From the human T2T-CHM13v2.0 reference genome, Homo sapiens, in NCBI RefSeq assembly GCF_009914755.1, contig NC_060942.1: DNA of 64,000 bases; one strand, given 5' to 3'. The position numbers and the translations under genes were made by a program. Position 1 is the first letter of the stretch, and each line of letters starts with the position of its first letter. Positions 55,716 through 64,000 of the stretch are shown here, one piece after another. The notes under the pieces were generated by a model. That model had not been told where the DNA came from, ran no database searches, and was given only the letters and a program-made list of their open reading frames with translations.

Positions 55716-56644
55716 CCAAAGGGGATATTTTGGAGGGATAAAAGGATTAGAATATGTGAACAGAATATTCTATGAAATAAAATACTGGAAATGTTGCCCA
55801 GTTGAATACCATGGTTAGCCTGTTTCATTTGTAGAGAGTAAAAGACAGGGTTGGGAATCCTTTCGTTTTGTTTGATTTATATTTGGGTTGATTCAAATCC
55901 TTTAATTTTTATTTCTGAGCCCTAAACTCTCAGAAAGGCATGTTGGAGAATTTCTTGTCTAATTTTATAAAAATAAAACGAATATCTTTAAGAAACCTAG
56001 ATATCTTGTTTCACACTAATTGCCTGATTTAGTATTCAGGTTGGATCAAGAGGCTTTCTAGAAAATGGGTCAAAAAGGATAAATTAGTTTCATTACTAAC
56101 AAGAATTCTTAACTAAGTAGCAGTTTTGCTTTAGGCTCAGTAATTAAATCTCCCTGATGTGATATTATGTTGCCTCTTTCTCTAGCCTTCTTCCTTTGCT
56201 AATTGCCCTTAATTTATTATTGATCACTGAAAATTTTTCTCTAACCTTCCTATCTCCTAAATCAATTCTCAAACCCAATCAATAATTCTGTTTTCAACTA
56301 GCTTTCTTTTTTCTACATTGCTAAGTCTTTCCCCAAATTAAAATGAAATTTCAAATTACCTTGTACAAATCTACAGAAAGGTTAATACACTCACTGTATC
56401 ATTTCAGGGGATAGAAGACGGATTGGGTAGATTCTTTTTCTCTGGTTAATTTTTCAAAAATATAGTATATAATGTATTTACTCTTGTTTTCAAAAGTCTT
56501 CACTTCAACCTTTTATACTCTATAGTATAGTATATTTTATATTGAATCTAATGAGACAGTAAATAGTGTTTTCCATCAATTTTTGCTTAAAGAAACATTT
56601 ACATGAAAGAAGAGCTGTTAAAAGGACAATGGAAATATCTATTA

Positions 56645-57024
56645 TGTATTATTTTGTTTTGCTCTGCTATAAAGAAATATCTGAGACTGGGCAATTTATG
56701 AAGAAAAGAGGTCTAATTGACTCACACATCCACATGGCTGAAGAGGTCTCAGGAAACATACAATTATGGTGAAAGGGAAGCAGGCACATCTTACATGGTG
56801 GCAGGCAAGGGACAGTGTGTGAAGGAAGAACTGTCAAACACTTATGAAACCATCAGATCTTGTGAGAACTCACTCATTATCCTAAGAAAAACATGGGGGA
56901 AACTGCCCCCATGATCCAATCACCTCTCTCCCTTAACACGTGGGGATTAGGGTCCCTCCCTCAACACATGGAGATTCCAACTGGAGGTGAGATTTGGGTG
57001 GGGACACACAGCCAAGCCATATCA
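56645..57024 (-). mobile_element. MSTA/THE1D-type MaLR solo LTR
   Basis: TGTATT...CTGCTATAAAGAAATATCTGAGACTGGG...GAGATTTGGGTGGGGACACACAGCCAAGCCATATCA; no clear TSD. Confidence 0.88.
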
Positions 57025-60000
57025 CGCAGTTACTCAAATATTTTGATTGACATGTACATATATCAGTTAATTTTGGAAATATGTATAAGCACATGTGTAC
57101 ATATGGATTATCTCTAATAATTGAAAATCAGTACATCATGAATGAAAGACAGTGAACAGTAAACTCTACATGAAACACTTCTGCCATTCACTGGATGTCT
57201 TATTACAAATAAGATTTGTATTAGCACTGATGCCATATTATTTCATTCTGTCTTAATTTATTTATCATTTTTATTTTGAATGCTTATCTAGCCATATAAA
57301 GATAAAATTAAAAGCTACTTTGGTGACATTTTTGTATAACGCTTTCATTTGTAGATGAAACAAGGAAACTGAGATCAGTAATCTTGATTCTCCTAGGTGG
57401 AATTTACTTTCAGTAGCAGAAATATCTATACCATATATATTCTTATTGCTGTCCAATATTATGTTCTCTATACCACACAGAACCTCTAATTTGCCTTCCA
57501 GCACAAAATGGAGAAGACACAAGTTCATCCTTCTTTCCCAATATATATTTTACTGCATTTAAAATATTTGGCATAGTATTTTATCACTGTATAATCTTTT
57601 GTATAACCCTAACATTGTATTTGTCCATCGTACATCGTGGTTAGTGTCAAATGTAAATATGATTTATACTAAAGAACCATCAAATCCTACCTTGAAATCT
57701 TGTAGAATTGCAGAGTACGTCATATCTTAAACAATAATATTAAACGTGGAGTAACAATACCACACATTACATATTCAGATAGATTGTGTGCATATCTTAA
57801 AATCATTTTGAGAGATTGGATACTTGATTTTAAAAGTAAAAAGAGTCCAATTAATACATGATTATAATAAAACAACTGAGTTGTATCTTAGTTAACAATT
57901 TAAATGTCATTTTAGTGATATGAGAAATATTTTAAATTGCTACCCTTGCTCTGTAAAATAAGAAATGCATGAAATTTGTATATCATGCTAAATAAAATTT
58001 CCAAAGACAGGCTAATGCAATAATATGAAAATAAAATTTTGATACATAAATTATTTATTGATAGAAAATATTCCATTCCAAAAATACCTGGAATAGATCT
58101 TTAATTCCCTATAAACCTTGTGGTTCACTATAACCTTTGCATGAACTTTGTGAGATAATTATGGTCTAAACAGTACACAAATGGAAAAATGGTATCCCCT
58201 CAGGTATATTGGCTGTCATAACAAAATGTCTTCCAAACTTGAGTTTTAAAATGATTGTCTTAATTTATACCTTACTCTGTTTAAATTATCGCACACTCCA
58301 CATTTTAAAAGAATAGATCTGCTTCTGCTTCAAAATCATGAAAGAGGAATATGAGAAATAACCTGCCTGTCAAGTGTTAGGTGTATCTTTTGTTCTTATT
58401 GACATTCATACACTGTAATACATTCTGATACTTTCTGAAGGATGTTGTATATGCTACTGTGTTATCCCTACCTTCAAAATGTTGCAGGGCAGAGTGCAAG
58501 ACAATTTCCATGCATAAGGAACTGATTAATATAATTATTTCTCAGGTTGGCATAATATATTTATACAAAATAATTTTGGATACAGAATGAATTAAAAATT
58601 AAAATGCAAAACATGTAAACAAAATCATTTTTTAAAAAATGATTTCTGTCATTCTCCATCTGCCCAACAACTTCACATGGCCCAGGCCACCCACTGTTAT
58701 TAGCTTCCTTCCAACATTTTTTTCAGGTATGTATTCTTTTTTTTTTTTTTTTTTGCCTTAATAGCATATTATATAAACTCTTCTGCTCCTTTATTTTTCA
58801 CTTAATAATTTTTGTAGTCAAGTCTCGTTTTCTAATAGCTATATAGAATTGCAGCTTGTATATGTACTATAATTATTTAGCTAGTTCTCTTTGATGAGGT
58901 TTGGCAGTTTAATTTACCTCTATTCGATTCTGGGCCAGCCTTTGTTGTTTGCTTCCCTGGAATAGAATGAGGTAGAAGTGACTGTATGTGACTTCTGAGG
59001 CTACATTAGAAGAATACAGTTTTCTCCTCTCATCTTCCTCTTCTCTTTTCTCTCCTCTCCATATTTCTCTCTCCCTTGCTGTTGTGCTTGCTTTTCATTT
59101 GGCTTTGAATCTCTAAAAATATATTTAGGAAGAAAATTTACTGGAAAATTCGAGGAAAGAAAGATTTCCTACATCCAATATCTGGAGTAAGAAGAATCTA
59201 TTTTTGAGAAATTTGCCTCAATACTTACAAGGTGTTATGCTTGTAAATTTTTCTTGTGTGTAATTTCTTTTTTTCTCAAACATTTCATTACACTTGCTGA
59301 AATACCTAACTATAGATTTATTACCTGAATTCATTCAGGAAAAAAGGAAAATATTAATATTATATCTAATTTATTTAGATAGAGCTTGAGGAGAATTAAA
59401 CAAAGACATGAAACACAAGATAAATTGATCAAACAAAGGGATTGACTAGTTCAAAAAATATAAAGCTTAAGAGTTGAGAAGTGTTTGATGAATAAATTTG
59501 TGAATCAATACGCTTGTCAAAAGAGACTATGGAAAAGCCAAGTTGCAATTAACATAATGTACAATGCTAGTTTTGAAACAAATGCACCTGAAGAACCCAC
59601 AGAATTTCTTGAATATATTCTCGTTATTCTAAAAATGATAATTAAGTACTCCTTCCAATTAGTACCTAACAGAATATAATGCTATTTGGTAATGTATCTT
59701 ATCCTTAAAATAAAAAAAGGTATATTTTTCTTTGCAAATGTTATTAAACAAGCAAAAGATTAAGAAAGGTGAAAACAGTAGCCAAAATATGTAGTCAACT
59801 TTATGTTGAAAGATTACTGCTTGTCTTTTTTGGAAGACGAAATGCTTTTACAGTGGCAAGCTACAATTCTCTTGCCTCTCTTGGAATCGTCACTGCTCAT
59901 TTAAACTACATGCTTGATAACTTTTTCAACTTACCTGAAGGGTACTTCTGTTGCAAAGTGATACACTGAGGCAAAATCAATCTTCCTAATGTTGAGGTGA

Positions 60001-61216
60001 CTGTGCCACCTCAGTTGGCGTTACAGGTTATTTAGCATAAACATATGTGTTCTCATTAAGCGTCATCTCTCCTGAAAACACAATGACTCACCAGTGAAAT
60101 AAATTTTGTCTATAAATCTGAAACTAATTCTCTGGTGTACTCTCTGTACGTCTAGTTGTAAAACTACACAAATGTCACTAATAAAATAAAATTACACATA
60201 TAGTAATGTATATATTTTTTTCCTTAACAGTATATTACATAATCTGTCATAGAGCAAAGAAGCTGTTTGGCCTTGAGTGTTTTTCTTCCTTATAAGATAC
60301 CTCAGACAACATGGAAATTTCATTCACTGACATAAATATGAGTCTCTCAGTAAAACAGTTCATAATTCATATTTTTCTATTACCAGTTTCGTCTGTTGTT
60401 CAAAATTTTGTGTAAAGAAAGCCAAGATTGCAGATTTGGGATAACCATTGACCCAAATCTGTAATCTTAGCTTATTTATTGAAAGGTCATTTTACTTAAT
60501 GGTATCCATAAACTACACAATTAATTCCATATAGGTAGCTTTCTCACAGATTTAACTATCAGAAATAAAATAGAAAACTAGACAAGAGTAGGAATGGAAC
60601 ACTGAAGATATGCACATGCTACTAGATATTATTCCACAATTACATTCTTAATCATTGTCATGATTTTCAATCTTTTAAAAATAACTATAATCAAGAATAA
60701 CATATTGCACATTTCTAGTAATATATGTTACACATGTTACCTTAACCAATTTAGTAATTTCCATTAAATGTTTACCAGAATTTATTGAATTACTTTGCAT
60801 TTTAAACACGTAATTTTATTCTACTTATGATTTTTGCATTTTTGTAATTGATGTATGTGAAAATCTTTAAAATAACTTCCTGAAAATTGATATCTTTTTA
60901 GATATAATAGATGAATTTCAACCACACTTTCATATCTATGATATTTGCAGCAAAAAAAATGTAAAAATTATGCTAATTCAATCTGAATCAATGTAACTAA
61001 TTTAAAGCATTAATCAGTTTAAAAAGAATTTCTAATATATTTTAAATGTTATTTTTATTGTGCTTTAAATTCCTTAGGAATGCCTAAGTGACTAAATAAT
61101 GCTTGTTTAATTGTCAATGAAATATGCATGTAAGTTACAATCAAAAGCATGAAGACCCTGCCAGCCATACCTGCTGTTACTTAGGTACATACAACACTAG
61201 TGACTAAGTGTAAGAT

Positions 61217-61572
61217 GTTGTTTTAGTCATTTCAGGCTGTTATACTAAAATACCAGAGATTTGGTGGTTTAACAACAAACGTTTATTCCACAGAGATATG
61301 GAGGCCAGGAAGTCCAAGATCAAGGTGCTGGTCGATTCCTGCTAAGTGCCCTCTTCTTTATTTTCAGACTGATGGCTTCTAACTGTATCCATACATGACG
61401 GTAAGAGAGACCTCCAGTCTCTCTTTTCTTATAAGGACAGTAATTCTATTATCAGGTTTCTGCCCTCATGACCTCATCTAAAACCTAATTACCCCTAAAG
61501 ACTCAGTCTCCTAAAATACCATCCCAGTGGGGGTTAGGGCTTCAACATACAAATTTTGGAGGGGACACAAAC
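61217..61572 (-). mobile_element. MLT1A-type MaLR LTR
   Basis: GGAAGTCCAAGATCAAGGTGCTGG...GGGGTTAGGGCTTCAACATACAAATTTTGGAGGGGACACAAAC. Confidence 0.8.
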
Positions 61573-64000
61573 ACAAATTTTGGAGTGGCCACATCACAAA
61601 TTTTGGAGAAGACACAAACAGATTTCACCAAAATCAGAAGAAAGTTTTTTAAGGGAACGTACATCATTCGTGGCTTGATTCCGGTGAAAGAGACAAAGTA
61701 ATCTGGAAGAAAAAAAATTGCAGCTTTCAGTAATCTTTTGGCTACACATTTTAATATAATCCTTGGTGGGTCAATGATCATCCAAGAATTAATATTTAAG
61801 ACAAGTTCAGGGAGAGGATGTTGACCCATCAAGACAGCGAACGACATAAACAATACCATATAACCTGACATTTTGTGAGTATAAAAAAGGTCAAATGAAA
61901 CTAAGCATCTAGATTTAATTTGTCATATTTTCTGGTTATTTCCTTCTCTTCATTAGGTATATTTATAATCCTGTACTAAAATTAGTACAAATGGATTTAG
62001 TCCTGCACATCTTTGCCTTTTGGATTATTAGACATTTGGAGTATTACTAGGCAATTCTAGAGGAATGAATTATTTATCTACCCCCTAATTCTTCACTGTG
62101 ACATAGGAACACTCAGGAAAAAAACCTCTTAGAACTTTTATGTTTATGCATAAGCATTTAAATTTTCATTAGGATGGGTTTTGAAACTGTTGTCAAACAA
62201 ATTTAAATATGTGCATTTGTGTCTCTTTTTTACCATTAAAAATCTACCTTTAAAGATACACAACGAAAATATACTTTATCCTATATAATATTAGATATTT
62301 TGTATATTTATGGCCAGAGTTGTTTTTCATGCAATTCAAATGATTACTGGTTTGATAAAAGATGGAAATAATCAATTCTCAAGCCTAATGAATACAATCT
62401 TTTGAAAGAATTAAGATACAGTTCAACAAAAAAGTAAAATGCAGAGAATTGGAAAGCATATTTAACCTCACCAATTATCAAAGAAAGATAAATAAAAAAA
62501 CAATTTATGTATGTAATTGGCAAAGAGTAGGTAAAATAAATGCACACATTCTAGTGATATAAATATATAGTACCATTATTGTGAATATAAGTTTCAGGAT
62601 ATATTTATAAAATATATTAATATATTTTGATGCTGCATGATTATTTCTACCTTAATGAAATAATATGATATGGGTTATAATATTTCAAAAATTGGAATTA
62701 TCTAAATGTCTGCCCTTAAAAAATTATTTAATAAATTATATATATATATCAATAAGATTAAATATTCTGAAGCTACTAAGAATCTCATTTTAAGTCGTGA
62801 ATGACAGGAAAATGCTTCTGATAATTGCTTTTGATAAACAGAAAATTACTTTACAAAACCTTCTCCCTGAGTGTATGTGTGTATACATATTCATATGTAT
62901 ATACTACATATATGTCTATACTATATATAGTATATTTTGAGTATTCACATATGTACATGTATATATTTATACATAAATATTATATATTTACAAAAATAAA
63001 TAAGTTTATATATGTAATGTGTATATATATGCCCTCATTGATGGTTACTGAATCCTACTGTTGGAATATTGTTGCATTTGCTTCAGTGATCCTTTTATGA
63101 CTGGTATTCTCAGAGCAAAGGTCATTCACAAAGAGAGTGTTTTGCTAAATCAGTGTCACAGAGTTATTTAAATTCTTTCTGACTTATATGTTCAAAATCA
63201 TATGGAAATTATCAGCAAAAATTATTTTAAAAAATCTGTCACTTGACAATTTATTAAATTTTAATATAAATTGGTTAAAAACAACTGAACCAACAGGCAA
63301 ACTATGTTTTATTCAGTCATTTAGGGGCATTTATTTTTACAATTTCTGAAAAGCATACAAATTGCTATACCAAGACTTCTCAAATGTCTATTACTTATAC
63401 CTGTTTTTCTTTTCACTTAGAGGTACCTCTTTTGAATGAATATCCTAAGAAAAAGGTAGAAAAAATGAAGTACAGTGTTAATTTCAATACATCTTTGGCA
63501 ATACAATATTTTAAATACAACTTCATTGACTTTAATATGTTAGTTAACAACAACGACATTCAGATTTCATTCATTCAATTTATGAAAGTGTCTGCTTTGT
63601 TTTTAGCAAAGTTTATCTCGACGTCAAATTAATTAGTGAGATCAGGCATACTTTTTCTTAGAAACAGTACAACTTCGCTGTCTTCAATTTATGTAAACAT
63701 ATCAAAACCTTTAGAGGTATATTATGAAAAACATTTGGAAAAAATAATTAATACTTAGAAAAGATTAAGTAATAATATTTTATGAAAGGGTAACATCCAA
63801 TGATGAGGATGTAATTAATATACCCACTTATAATAAGTTATAAAAAGAAGATAATCAATAGTCTTTCTCATTTAATGAGCGATGATGTAATTTTTTTAAA
63901 ATTGTGCTATTTATAAAGTATAAAATGCATGGTATTACTAGTTAAACATATATAAATGTGCTGCTTTGCTTTGGGGAAATATTAAGTAATAATCATTGCT

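Overview
AT-rich, CpG-depleted primate (human-like) non-coding DNA, either intergenic or deep intronic. I see no convincing host protein-coding exon, CpG island or structural RNA gene, and nearly all ORFs in the track come from repeats. The window is a layered record of retroelements: about 15 Alu elements (J, S and Y lineages), old L1M and L2 fragments, DNA-transposon relics (MADE1, MER44, MER45-like) and many LTR elements. The best-supported structures are: (1) a two-LTR HERV-K(HML-5)/HERVK22 provirus on the minus strand (35367-39459) with a perfect 6-bp TSD, a tRNA-Met PBS and a PPT, in which gag is joined directly to env and pro-pol is absent; (2) an LTR nest at 13.0-15.2 kb where complete MER50 and LTR17 (HERV-W) solo LTRs each inserted into an older ERV1 LTR; (3) a two-LTR THE1 MaLR element; (4) an AluY nested in the linker of another AluY; (5) several fold-back or tandem micro-structures, including a perfect 17-bp inverted repeat and a ~102-bp triplication with a hairpin in each unit. 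I found no evidence of a new multi-gene system. Family names come from my recall of consensus sequences and need RepeatMasker/Dfam confirmation.
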